Below, in pieces: positions 38,180 to 50,475 of a stretch of DNA of 64,000 nucleotides. A program made the translations under genes and the position numbers. The notes under the pieces were generated by a model. It saw only the letters and a list, made by a program, of their open reading frames with translations. It was not told where the DNA came from and ran no database searches. The first letter of the stretch is position 1; every line of letters begins with the position of its first letter. Origin of the DNA: Anthoceros angustus (Eukaryota; Plantae; Anthocerotophyta); contig MU008197.1 in the NCBI GenBank assembly GCA_010909165.1, positions 1 to 64,000 on the forward strand, given 5' to 3'.

Positions 38180-39560
38180 GGGTGATGGCAAGCGCTTCAA
38201 AGTTCAACATTAACAGGCAGTGAGAACTCTGAGAGATGGTTGTTAGAATTGGAAGGTGCCAAAGATGACGGGGAGTTGCGGATAGCAGGCTTAGACTGCG
38301 AGAGCTTTCAACATCTGGAGAGGACTATCTGGACAAGAAGCACTCGCTGAAGATAATGACACTTTCAAGCTTGGCAAAGAGGACTTAGACGGGCATTTGG
38401 ACACAGCCACGGTTGAATTGCGTGATGAAGACACCATCAAGCAGCATCACCTAAGATTTCACCACTCACCTAAGCAAGCACGAAAGGTTTAGGGCACCAA
38501 CAGACGCACAGGCTCCATGCGGTCGATGCCGCAGCCTTGTCTTCTCCAGCTAGGTTTCCCAGAAGGACAGACTGTTGGAACGGCATTGACAAACATGCCC
38601 CTTTCAATGCTGAGAACGATCACTCTACCTTAGACAGCATCATCCTGCCTGCATGAAAGCCCACGACAGGAAGCGCCAGTGGAGTTAGCGATGGCTCTAT
38701 CCACACAGATAGAACGGCAGTCCCGCAACACCAAGAGAACGGCAGTCCCGCAACACCAAGAGAACGGCAGTCCCGCAACATCTGTGAGATCACAAAATCC
38801 GATTTGCATTATTTGGTTAGTGGGAGGCCCGCACAGAAGAATTCTGCACAGCAAGCAGCGTCAACCTCCGGCCAGCCCATCACCCCTTGAAAACATTGAT
38901 GCCTGGTGTAAGAAGGGAGGAAAGAAAACAATTTCTCGCTCATAAACCCTAAACAGTCGACTTGCTCATAAGTAGTCAGAAACCGATGGAGGAAGACCAC
39001 AATCTCTTGCTCAGCCAATTGCCTATCAGGACATATCCGATGCCCATATCCAAAGCGAGTGAAAGTGCTGGACTGCGGTTTGGTCTACATGAACCATGGC
39101 CGCATGACAAAGAGGACTTAGACAGTCATTTGGACAAAGCCAAGGTTGAATTGTGTCGTGAAAGACCATCACCTAAGTTTCGCCAAGTCACCTAAGCAAG
39201 CACGAAGGGTTGAAGGCCACAACAGGCGCACAGGCTGCGTCGATGCCGCAGCCTTCTCTTCTCCAGCGAGGTTTCCCAGCAGGGCAGATTGTAGGAAGCG
39301 CATTGACAATCATGAGCTCTTACAGTGCTGAACCCGATCACTCCGCCTAAGACAGCATCATCCCGCCTGCAGGCAAGCACACAACAGGATGCCCCAAACG
39401 GGTGGAGAATTGGCAATGCCTCTATTGAGGACGGCAGTCCAGCAACATAGTAATATCACAAAATCCGACTTGATATTATTTGGTTGGTGGGAGGCCCGCA
39501 CAAAGGAGTTCTGCAAAGTAAGCAGCGTCAACCTTTGGCCAGCCTATCACCCCTTCAAAA
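38180..39560 (-). pseudogene. Diverged ~500 bp direct repeat, possibly an NLR/LRR gene remnant
   Basis: 38378-38900 aligns with 39111-39560. Minus strand shows LRR-like 'QLPVIFG...LRVL...C.TLKRLP' and an MHD-like 'VLRD'. Confidence 0.3.
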
Positions 39561-39809
39561 AGTTGATGCGTACATTTGACGCAGCGCCGGGCTTCGACCC
39601 AGCGCATTGTTTTCCTTACTCATTAGTTTAAGGCATTAATCCTGTCGTTGGGAGGGATATTAATAGGGCTAGAACGGTGACCCACACTATGCTAGCCGTA
39701 TGGGTTATTTCACTTTCCAGGTTTGGTTCAGCGGAAGCTCCTGGTTTCCAATCTGGAGACCCCAGGGGCGCAGCGGTCTCCAGAGTGGAATGTGAGGCCA
39801 TGACGGCTC

Positions 39810-41150
39810 TCAAGTGACGGGTGAAACCGTGAGTCCACTATGTCAGCAGGGACATGCCAGTGACGCTGTCGAGGCTCTGGCAGTTCTGGCGCACTCAGAC
39901 CCAGTCATTCGTATCTCACACCATCTCTTGTATGCGGTGCTGCAGAAATGTTTGTGGATGAAAGATTTTGGTTCTGGGTCGTGGATTCCATGCTGTGCGT
40001 GTGAAAGTGGGGTATGATTCGGACACGTTTTTGTGCAACCATCTGCTACGAATGTATTCTTCCCATGCCCGACTGCAGGAAGCCATGGATGTGTTCAGCT
40101 TCGTGGCCGAACCGGATGCCTTCACCTGGTCTGCCGTTATATCTACACATGTCCACCATGGACAAGCAACGCAGGCCCTACTATTGTATCTTGAGATGCG
40201 CAGGTCAAGCGTGAAGCCAGATGGGCATGTGTTTGTAGCAGCTCGTGCAAGGGAAGCAGACTTGGAAACTTTCATCTGTTTGTTTCTAGTTGCTTGGTGG
40301 ACATTTATCCAAAATGTGGCAGCTTGGATGAGGCTCAAAGAGTGTTTGATGGGCTTCTTAAAAGGGGCGTGGTGATGTGGAATGCCTTGTAGCAGGATAT
40401 TCCCAGCATATCATTGGTCAGGAAGCCCTTCAGCTCTACACTGAGATGCAAGAAGAAGGCATCACTGCACCTGATCCTGTGGCTGACGTGTGCTTCCTGC
40501 AGTCTTGTACATGCATGGGTACTAGCTTCGGCATTGGAGAAGAGGAAGAAACTTCATGTACGGATTGAAGAGCGACGGCTTCAGGCTGATGTGGTGGTAG
40601 CCAACAGTAAGTGAAATGGGGCAGCCTGGAGGATGCTTAAGGTCGTGTTTGATGTCAAAAGAATTTGGTCACGTGGACCAGTCCCATAGCCGGTTGTTCC
40701 CAGCAGCATTGCTACACCTAATTCGTAACATTTGTTTGCCCCCTGCAGGCGTGTGCAAGTTTGGGCACTCAGCTTTGGGGAAGGGGAAACAGCTTCATGC
40801 ACAGATTGTGGAACAAGGGCTGGAGCTGATGTGGCTGTGGCTGTGGCCAACAGTTTGATAAACATTTTATGCTAAGTATGGCCTAGAGGATGCTCAGGGT
40901 GCATTTGACAGAGTTCGGGACAAAAATGTGGTGACCTGGACTGATCTGAGAGCTGGATATTTCCAGAAGGGCATGGGTCAGAAAGTCCTTTCTCTGTATG
41001 GTGATATGCAGCAGGAGGGCAATTCGTCACCTGACTCTGTTACATTTCTGTGCCTCCTCCAAGCATGTGCAAGCGGTGGTATCTCCGCTCTGGACAAGGG
41101 GAAGCAGCTCCATGCACTGATTGGTGGACGAGGACTTTTAGCTGAAGGGT
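39810..41150 (+). pseudogene. PLS-class PPR pseudogene, 3'-truncated
   Basis: 'GYDSDTFLCNHLLRMY...DAFTWSAVIS...VKPDGHVFVA' and 'NVVTWTDL...PDSVTFLCLLQACA'; many frameshifts. The N-terminal 'VSPLCQQG' matches the PPR gene at ~52200. Confidence 0.85.
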
Positions 41151-41184
41151 ATGGTTGGCATGAGCTTGGCAAGGAGGCCCCTAC

Positions 41185-42110
41185 AATCAGAGCTTTGCTA
41201 TACGTTGTCCCAGGATGTGCGAATGGTGGGGCGGTCGTCCCGGGCGAGAGAGGACGATACAAGGCAAGCAAGTCGCGTATCTCTGCCGTTGTTAAACTGT
41301 CGCAGGTGATCTTCAAGCCAACGCGGAAAGCGAAATGCACGGGGGAAACGAATTCAAGCTCCAGGTACCAGGGAAAGGATGCCGATGCAGATGCAGATGC
41401 AGATGCAGATGCAGATGCAGATGCAGATGCAGATGCAGATGCGGTGTTGGACAGGAGCTGACCGTCTTGAGCTCCTGTGCGCAGTTGATCACCTCAGCGG
41501 ACCCCCACTCCTCAACACAGCGTCTGGCAACGCAGTCCACCTGCGAAGGGAAATGTTTGAGAGCCCCTGGCAAGAAGCGAGCATAGATGATTCTTCGAAG
41601 TCGGCTGTGTTTTTCTCCGCCCTGGAGGGCTACAGAATGCTTGCCAAGCAGCCGCCGAGCCGATTTGGGGTAGCCATCCGGGAAAGATGTGGGTGGCTGC
41701 AACACGAATTTGACGGCCTCCGCAGAGGTAACGCACACTGTGGGGCGACCCATGAGGTGCGTCCTGAAAACCGGACCATACCTGCAGGCCCAAATGCAAA
41801 TCCATGCCACACAGTCAGTGACCTCGATCGGCCAGATTTCAAGTCTTGAGTCAGCATGATGTGATCTTGTAGCAGACAAGCAATTACACGTGCATCATTG
41901 GGTCCTCACCGCTTTATCCGAGGCACGAGGAAGTCTTCGGGAAGGGCAGCGCACAAGAACGCAATTGTGTCCCCACCAGCGGCAGCTGCCAGGAAGTTGC
42001 GCACCGGCGCCGTGTCTGGCAGCCTGTCGCTGCAGCGATCGGGAGTAGGCGAAAATCCAGGCCAAGAGGAGCAGCGGGAGGCCCAAGACGAGTGCCACCA
42101 ACACTTCCAT
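41185..42110 (-). pseudogene. CYP85-clan cytochrome P450 pseudogene (first three exons only)
   Basis: Membrane anchor from ATG 42110; exon 'RYGPVFRTHLMGRPTV...YPKS..RLLG..S'; third exon 41334-41185 'FAFRV...PGTTYSKAL' with acceptor CAT instead of CAG; frameshift in exon 1; no heme motif. Confidence 0.8.
41378..41442 (+). repeat. (GATGCA)n microsatellite
   Basis: About 11 units seen directly, inside the P450 pseudogene intron. Confidence 0.95.
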
Positions 42111-44419
42111 TGCCTTGCGGATTTGAGATGGGCAAACCGGCGGGAGGGGCCTCTGCCCTCCGGCGCCGGAGAGCTGCAAAAGCAGCCTGGTTGACAAGGA
42201 TCAAAAGATAACCTTGAGGGCCACCAGGAAGTCCTCCGAGATCACTGCTCAGGAGCAGGCAGGAGCAGGCGTAGCCGCTGCAGCCCGTTGTTCTCCTGGG
42301 CTGATGCCATATTTCAAGGCGTTTGCGGAATCTGATGACGAGTCCGTGCTCCTGGTCGCTGACAGGAAGCCACATGATGGCCGGTAGCATACATTTAGCA
42401 AATGCACCCTGCTGCCCACAAGAGCTCCCCACGACCTTGACTTCTGAGTTCCGGAGGACGCTCAATGTACGCTGAGCAATCAATCGGGAGGCTGACTGTT
42501 TTTCGGTGAACAACCCAATCAGGAGGCCGTGACTTCTGGGCTCCGAGAGAAGGAGCTGATGAGAGCAAACCCTGAAAATTTGAAGAATCGCGCGCTGGCT
42601 CAATTCAAGACTGCGCCACCACGGAAACTCCAACAGCTGCGGGCCAGCACAAGTTGGTGCGCTATGAGCGCCAGCCGCCCAGGAGACGTAAAGGGTGGAG
42701 TCCAGGAGCCCCAAAAGCTTCGGCCGCTCATCAACCCAACAATACCCATAATACGTGGTGCATAGTTACGGTGTATATACATTTCTCCCGCTGCTCTCAG
42801 CATGAACATATCGGGGCGGATGGCCAAACCGGGGAGCCTGCTACAGTCCAGCTCCATTGCCTGCCATCGATCATGACTTCGGTGCGTATGCACTCTGATA
42901 CTTGGAAGGATGTGGAAGTCAGTCCACCTCTTTCTTCATTGGTGCTGCCTCCATTTTTTCCTACCTTCCATCAACGAGTACCAGGAGTCAGCAGCTTTGT
43001 GTGCTTGTTGGATTCCGAGTTGCTCTCAATGACAACTGTGTTCACGGACTCCGCGGTCATAAAAGAAGGCAGAAACAGCTAGCTAGGGATGTGAGGTTGC
43101 CAGACAAACAATTTATAGCATCTCCAAGAAAGTGGAAGGATTGATGCTCGCAGTTAGCCTTTCAACTTGCCACTTTTTCAGCTTGAAGTGCTCCTTCTTT
43201 CAGTATGCTGCTGAAGTTGCTGTAAATGCACGGATTGAAGAGCGACGGTTTCAGGCTGATGTGGTTGTAGCCAACAGTTCGGTAGACGTTCCAGAGGCAA
43301 CCTATCGAGGCGGAGTTTTACATAGAGAAACTCCATGTTCAAGTTTGTCATAGCTCGATCGACCGATCGACCGGCGTTCTCTCTTACATACTTGGGTGGC
43401 AGACTAGCATTTCTGCATAGCCTCGATTCGGATGGGGACACCGTTGTTGGGGCATGGCAGACTCTGGTCTCTAGTGGACGCCTGGAAAGAAGCTGACCGT
43501 GATTCTTTCAAGGAAGCCATAACTCTCTGAACCGCTTCTCACCCATGATAACCCTGATTTCTGACTGACTCAATTCCTCAAGCTTGAGTACTAAAAGATT
43601 CGTGGTGTAATTGGTTATCCAGTCGGTTGAGATTCGTGGTGTAGTTGGTTACCCAGTCGGTTGAAGTGTTGAAGTCTGGGATGCAAGTCTTGAAAATGGA
43701 TTCCATAAGCGTCCTGAAGAGACGATCTGGACATGGATGACGAGCTGACAGCCGAGTGAAGTGGATATGCATCCCTCCTGTTAAAGTACTGCGGAGAATG
43801 TGGAGGCCCTACACGCGACGGAAGGGTAGACTGTGGTGGCCACTGGAAGCCTGGAATTATGGACGCTGTACATGTGAGCAAGAATGTAGTGTTTTACAGA
43901 AGGTGCGCTGCTTTCAAGAGTAAGTGGTGCTGGCGGGAGCCTCATCGTGCTCATCGAAACTGTTGTTAGCAGCTGACTTGACAATCAACCATAGCGTCCA
44001 ATCACTCTAGTACTGGATCACATAGGGAACAGACAGACACTCCATTGGCTCATTGTGAAAGGCAAAGGTGCGCTAGGTAGCCACCAGCAGTATTTCGTCC
44101 GGTCGTTGAGATAGGCCTTCCTAAGCGTTTGGTGCATCACCATCTCATGGATGCATATGGTCTGATCCCAAGAGCTGAAGGGGATTCCTTTGCACAAGTG
44201 AAAACATACAGACGATTGCATATGGTGAGAAATTTGATCAACTTGCCTGTGTGCCAATTGGTGAGCGAAAGGCTCCGAGGGATGAGAGGAATTCATGAAC
44301 ACTTACCGGCAGGCATGACTGCGAAGGCGCAACTCGTGTTTCAGAGCCGATTCCTGGCGCGCGGTCCCGTGTCTGGTACCTGGAAGCAAGGCAAGAGTGC
44401 CCATCCTGGTAGAATTGTT

Positions 44420-45498
44420 CTAACACGGCAACAGTGCTTCGTCCTCAAAGCAAGGCCACAGGTAGCTCTCATCCACCTCCCAGACATCATCCAGCAGCTC
44501 AAGCAGCTCAAATGCATCCTGATGCTCGGTTACGCCATCCGCCGCGCCAGCATCCGCAATGGCCTCCTGTTCGGGTGAAGAACCTCCCGTCGTCGTCTCA
44601 TCCAAGATCGTCAACGACGAGCATTCAGGCCCGTCCGAAGCCGGAGCAGGAGCCGGAGCAGCAGCTGCAGGCGGAGGAACGGCCATGAATCCTGCATTGG
44701 CAGCGTGCATACCACAGGAAACCGCGCTCGAAAATACTTCTCCACGGCCACCAGCACTTGCGGATTCACCGTGCGGCTGCATCCGGACGGAAGCGATGTC
44801 ACCACTGGCAGCAGCTCCTCCGGCATCCGAACAGCGGTTGCTGTCCGCGCTGGTGCAGGGAATCGGAGGAGAGCTCGAGGCGTCTTGCGCATCCACGCCT
44901 GCGCCGACGCCGGGATGCAATCGTGCCCTGGTGTGCGCGGATACGAGTGTCCGCAGGAGCTGCACCTGTCCAAGGGCAACAAACAAACACACGCGGACAT
45001 TGAGCATCAAATCTTGGAGTGATTGCCACAGGCAAGCACCGTTGCATCCTCCAAGAGACAGGAGAAAGAAGGATTCCTGACCTCCGCACCAAGCTTCCGA
45101 TGCCGCTCAGCCAGGTTGGCGAAGGATGCCTTCAAAGCAGCCGTGTCCGCCTCCAGCTGCTTGGCCCTGGATCGAACTCGCCGGTTCTGGAACCAGACGG
45201 CCACCCGGCGAGGCTCCATCCCGAGCTCCAGCGCCAGCTGCTTCTTCACCGCGGGCTCCAGCGGGCCCTCCGATTCCTGCGCGAAATTTTTCTCCAGCAC
45301 CTGCACCTGACTTGCCGACAAGCGGCGCGAGCTCTTGCCGCTGCCGGTTTCCTCCGCCTGCCAGCCATCGCCATCCCTTCGCGCTTGGCCACTCCCGCTC
45401 ACGCGCTTGCGCTTGTGCCAGCAGGGCACAGCTATGGCGCTGGCGTAGGTATAGGCGTAGGAGTAGGCGTAGGCGTCGCCCCCTCCGCTCATCGCCAT
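44420..45498 (-). CDS. HD-Zip class I homeodomain-leucine zipper transcription factor (exons 45498-45082 and 44965-44420, ~320 aa)
   Basis: 'RRLSASQVQVLEKNF...LEP..KKQLALELGMEPRRVAVWFQNRR...KQLE' followed by heptad leucines across a phase-0 GT-AG intron; acidic/Trp C-terminus. Confidence 0.85.
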
Positions 45499-46079
45499 CC
45501 CTCAGCTCTGGAGCTCCACGATTCCCACGACTCACGACTCACACTCACACTCGGACTCACGACTCACGACTCACACCTCACGTCGCCTGTGTGTGGAAGT
45601 AACTTGTGCACAGAAGCAGAAGCAGAAGCAGAAGCAGGCTAGGGGTCCAGGACTCCAGGTCGGTGGTCGGTCCCGCCGCCCTCGGCCCTCCGCCCTCCGT
45701 CCTCCGCACTCGTGTTGTCCGGAGAGCGGGCCCACCGCGAGGTTTGGCGTCACCACTCGCCAGGCTCGAAAAGGAGTGCCAGTCCTTTCAATCATTTCCG
45801 ACGACGGCAACTGGAAAATGTTCAAGGCCCGCGCTACGGCCTACGGTACACACAATTACCAGAAATAGAACCCTGCTGCTTGAGCGCCTTTTGTTACACT
45901 GCAGTATGAACGCAGCACCTTTTGTTACGGTGCTACGTTCACACTGCCGACTTGACTTGTCCTGGACAAACCAGCGTTGGATAAAGTAATTCCTTGGAAC
46001 TAGTAAGCTTGCTGCTTGGTTTGTTTTGTCTCCCTTCAACCTTCAACCGCCATGCAGGCCCCTTTCAGCGGACAGTGAA

Positions 46080-46630
46080 CAGGAGCGAAAGAAGTTGGTT
46101 GTTGGTTGAGCCTCAAATTGGATGGCACCTTGCAGCGGCAAACGGAAGCACCAACTGAAGCAGATCCGGGTCTTGGAAGTTTCCTGGACTATGATGCAGG
46201 TTGTGACTGTCATCACATGATAAAGTGAAGTGCGCACCGTCAGCAACAACCAGTGATGAGAGCATCACAGCCTCCCAAACATTGCAATTTGCAGGCAAGC
46301 GGTAAGACTAGCCCGATTCTCGTGCACGCACCTTGCTGGCCATGGCCAGCAGCGGGAAGCCCATGCTCCCCGGCAGCTGCTTCGATCCCTTGGGCGCCCA
46401 GCATTTCCCCCTCCGCTCCCAGTACCTCCACACTGGCCAGGCCACAGCCAGCACCGCACTTGTAAGCGCCACTCCAATCTCCATTGCCAACGTCACCTCC
46501 ATTGCTGCCCTGCGATTCCTTCAACAATGCAATGCAATTTCAAGAATGCATTGCAGTCTGCAGTCCCTCCGCGTTCACACAATGCTCAGGTTTAATGAGC
46601 TTTGTGTGAACGCAAGTCGCAAGCAACTAA
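46080..46630 (-). pseudogene. Inverted, internally deleted partial copy of the downstream P450 gene
   Basis: The reverse complement matches the 5' flank and exon 1 (47830-48110), intron 1 (48500-48635) and an exon 6 piece (49707-49742). Confidence 0.85.
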
Positions 46631-47962
46631 CTGCTGCAATCTATCGGATCTTCTGCTTTGTTGAGGCGGGCGATCGACTCATGCTCTTGTAGCTTTTTCT
46701 CCTGACCGTGAGGAAAGCGCGCATTGGCTAGACTGACGTCATTGTGAGCGAGCGCGGATCCGGCGTCCAGATTTTTGGTAATCTTATACTCTGCATTCGC
46801 ACGAGCCATTCATAGGAGGACCACGTTCAAGGGAAGGTCGCAAACATATTTTATAATTAGGTATAAAATGTCTTATCTAAAAGATAGGAAAGAGTGGTTA
46901 GATGTTTTTCTCACTTAAAGGCAAAGCACACGCCTCCAGTCATATATCACTGAAATTCAACACGGCCTACCAACACTGGCCAAGCCTCCTCAACATCCTT
47001 CCCTAGTAATCATACAAATTCTCCAGCCAAGTGAAGCACAAAGAGGATGGGGTGCATGAGAATGAAGTACCCAGCCTGAGACTGAAGTCCACACATCATA
47101 TACCAATGAGACAAGACCACTAATCAACCAAGCATTCCTTCCAGTTAATTCATAGGAGGCGAATACAAAGCCGTGGGATGAGACAACTACAACACGCTGG
47201 TAGGATGTGACAAGGAGTAGTCTACAATCACATAGAAAGACAGCTTCCACTCACGTCAAGGTGAGGAAGAGGAGCTAGTTTATACTCCTGGCTTGAAGTC
47301 ACAGCTTGGGCCTAGGACAGGAGGGATCACGGATGATCCAGGGCAGGAGGGATCAGGCTTGCTGGATCATCGGGCTGATCCTCCACGCAAATCCTTTTTT
47401 GTCAAATTATCCCGTTTCCTAAGGAGCAAGGAGCACTTGTTGTTTTGGGAGGAGAGCGCTAAAAGATGGCTGGCCACCTCCTTGCACGTTTGTGAGCCGG
47501 CCTTTCCTCACATTTTAAAACTTAGATCATAATATGTATAGTCCACTACATTAGATACTTTGAAAGCTTTCGTTCTGGATTCCCCAAAGCTTATGTCAGG
47601 ATCCGGGACAAAGGCCTAGCCAATATTAGACGCTTGTGGAAGTAGAAGATGCCAACATGTCGCCAACCCAGAAGATGCCAAGATTGGGGACACCAGCGCT
47701 AGCTCTCACCACCAGAAGATGGCCAGTCTGGCCAATACCACCTTCCTTCACCGTGACGGTGCACACCGTAGGCTACAAACGGATGAATCCATCGCACGTC
47801 TCTGCACCAAGAGAACATCGATAGATCTGTGGCAGCTGCGTGCGACTTGCGTTCACATTTCACAGCTCACAAATGTGAGCATTGTCTGAACTTGGAGGGA
47901 ACGTTGCGCTCTGCATTGCCTTCTTGAAATTGCATTGCATTGTTGAAAGGAGCAGGGCCGCC

Positions 47963-50200
47963 ATGGAGGTGACATTGGGTGTCGAGATTGGAGTGGCGTT
48001 TGCGGTGCTGGCTGTGGCCTGGCCAGTGTCGAGGTACTGGGAGCGGAGGGGAATGTGGGCGCCCAAGGGGTCCAAGCAGCTGCCGGGGAGCATGGGCTTC
48101 CCGCTGCTGGGAGAGACGATGGAGGTGCTGGGCCACTTGAAGGCCGGGGATGTGGAGGAATTCGGGATGAAGCGCTTCCGCAAGTATGGCAGCAATGTGT
48201 TCAAGTCGCACTTGTTGGGGAGTCCGTATGTGTTTTTCAGGGGCGCCGAGGCGGCCAAGCTGCTCATCACCGGCGAGGACAAGCTGGTGCAGGCGCACCA
48301 GTTCCTCCCCGCGAGGAAGCTCATGGGCGAGGAGTCCCTCATCAATGTGCACGGCCCCAGGCACAAGCTCTATCGCAAATTGCTCAACGAAGCCTTCATG
48401 GGCGAGAGCATTAGGAAGTATCTGCCGCTGGTGGAGCAATCGGCTCTCGAGACGCTCAGTTCCTGGAAACTGAGAGACGTCCCTGTTATCAAACACGAGG
48501 CCACCAAGGTGCGTGCACGAGAAGAGGAATGGGCTCATCTTACCGCTTGTCTGCAAATTGCGATGTTTGTGAGCTGGTGGATTGTGATTGTAACTGCTGC
48601 TTGCTGACGGTGCGCAGTTCACTTTTAATGTGATCGCGGGAGTGGTGCTGAGCTGGGGCCCTGGTGCAGTGCGTGACAGGAGCTCGGAGCTCACCCAGGT
48701 AGTGAGTGCCAACTTGCTCAGCGCGCCCATCAATCTTCCTGGATTCCCCTATCACAAGGCCATGCAGGTGCGAATTCGAGGCTCAGGGCCAATGCCAATT
48801 TGAAGCTCTGTGTCCATTTTCTCCTTCAAATGGGCGCAATACATCTAACAACAACGCAGGGGACTGGGCGTGCAGGCAAGAAAGGAGCTGGGAAAAATGT
48901 TCGACACGGAGTTCGCGTTGAGAAGGAGCGGCAAAATTGTTCGCGACGACCTACTGAAGGACATGATGAACGCAGTCGACCCCGATTCTTCCAGCGACAA
49001 GCCTGCCCTGGGCGACGAGCAGCTGAGAGACAATTTGATCACCCTCATCTTCGCTGGCCATGAGACATCCACCAACACGCTCACCTGGATTGTCAAGCTG
49101 CTCCATGAGAATCCCAGCGTCAAGGAGAAGCTACTGGTGAGCGCGGGCCTGGGCTATCACACACCTCCATGTGCAAAGAATTTCGTTTGGAACAATGATC
49201 TTGGATCGAAGCGAGCTCCAACTTACATGTCTTTCTTCTGTTTGTACTGTAGGCTGAGCATTTGGCAGTGAGAGCAAACAAACAACCTGGAGAGCCACTT
49301 ACATGGGCAGATCTCGGCCAACCAATGACCTACACCATGAAAGTGAGACTCGGATCCCTTCAAATTTTCCGACCTACTGCCACACCACTACTGGAATCCG
49401 GCGTCCCAAGACCATCTGAGTTTTCTCATGTGTGCAGGTGATCAACGAGGCACTCAGAGTGGCGTCTCTGGAATTCTGGTGGCATCGACAGGTAAAGGAG
49501 GACTTCACGTTCAACGGTAAGTATGCTGCACCTGGCATTGCCAACCGTTTGGATTTCCACCCTACTCCGAGCGGGGAGTCCTAACGTGGGTCACAGTGCT
49601 TGATTGCCGCAATCACTTCCTCGAAGCTTTCTCACTACTTTACGCACATATGCCACCTGCAGGATACCACATCCCTAAAGGCTGGAACCTTGTGCTAGAC
49701 ACTCACAACGTGCACCACAGTCCAGAAATCTTCCAAGACCCGAAGACATTCAATCCCTCTCGCTTCGATGTAAGCAGCCTGATGCTTGAGTTCAGCATTA
49801 GAAATCGTTACAGTCGTCTCCGACTCATCATAGACTTCGAAAATCTTGGGAGCTATCGTGTGACACTGTGCGTCCCCGGGCTACGAACAGGTGCCGCCGA
49901 AGCCCTTTACCCTGCTGGGATTTGGAGGTGGACAAAGATTATGCCTTGGGAGGGAGCTGGCACTAATGGAGATCAAAGTGATGTTGCATCACATGATGCT
50001 CAAGTTCAGGTGCGCCCCCATTACTTTGTACCGCTAGAGCTTGTCAATTGCAATCCCCGTCCGCATACATGTCTATCTGATCATGAGCGTATTCAAACAG
50101 GTGGACAGTCGAAAAGCCAGACAGTGGCCGAGACTTTTCGGGTCTGCCTTGCCCCAAAAACGGTGTCCCCGTCAGGATTGAGGCCATTCAGCAGTACTAG
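47963..50200 (+). CDS. Cytochrome P450, CYP85 clan, intact, 483 aa; exons 47963-48508, 48618-48767, 48876-49136, 49253-49342, 49438-49516, 49663-49769, 49891-50009, 50101-50200
   Basis: All introns are GT-AG and the spliced frame is open (1452 nt). Motifs LPGSMGFPLLGET, FAGHETS, EALR, FNPSRF and FGGGQRLCLG. The 150/90/79/107 nt exons are typical of the clan. Confidence 0.93.
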
Positions 50201-50309
50201 TCTGCCAGCCAATCGGAGAGCTGGTAGAGCTCTCGCCCACTCTTGCTATCATTCCACTGTGTCCAAATGGCCTAGGCCAAATGGACACACATTTATAAGA
50301 ACGCCGTGA

Positions 50310-50475
50310 TTAAGCATCCTGAGCTTGGATCGGTACTTAGATGGGGTGCCTAAAGGGAATGGATGCCCTTGGTGCAAGTAGCTTAGGCAACCATGGTACA
50401 AGTTGTTAAGTACCAAGTCCCATGACGGAAATCCGTCCTTAGTGGACTTAAATAAAATTCTTCTTCTTCTTCTTC
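50310..50475 (+). mobile_element. Short SINE-like or truncated retroelement with an RTE-type 3' tail
   Basis: 50427-50475 (GGAAATCCGTCCTTAGTGGACTTAAATAAAA(TTC)n) is identical to the reverse complement of the LINE end at 4026-4070. The 5' boundary is uncertain. Confidence 0.6.

Noticed and set aside
38711-38780. 25 bp repeat x3, and the 23 bp repeat at 37918, as possible CRISPR arrays
   Set aside because: Head-to-tail tandem copies with no unique spacers, no cas genes, and a eukaryotic context.
43440-44400. Possible PIF1/Helitron helicase remnant on the minus strand
   Set aside because: Only faint, broken resemblance to helicase motifs, and no Helitron termini seen.
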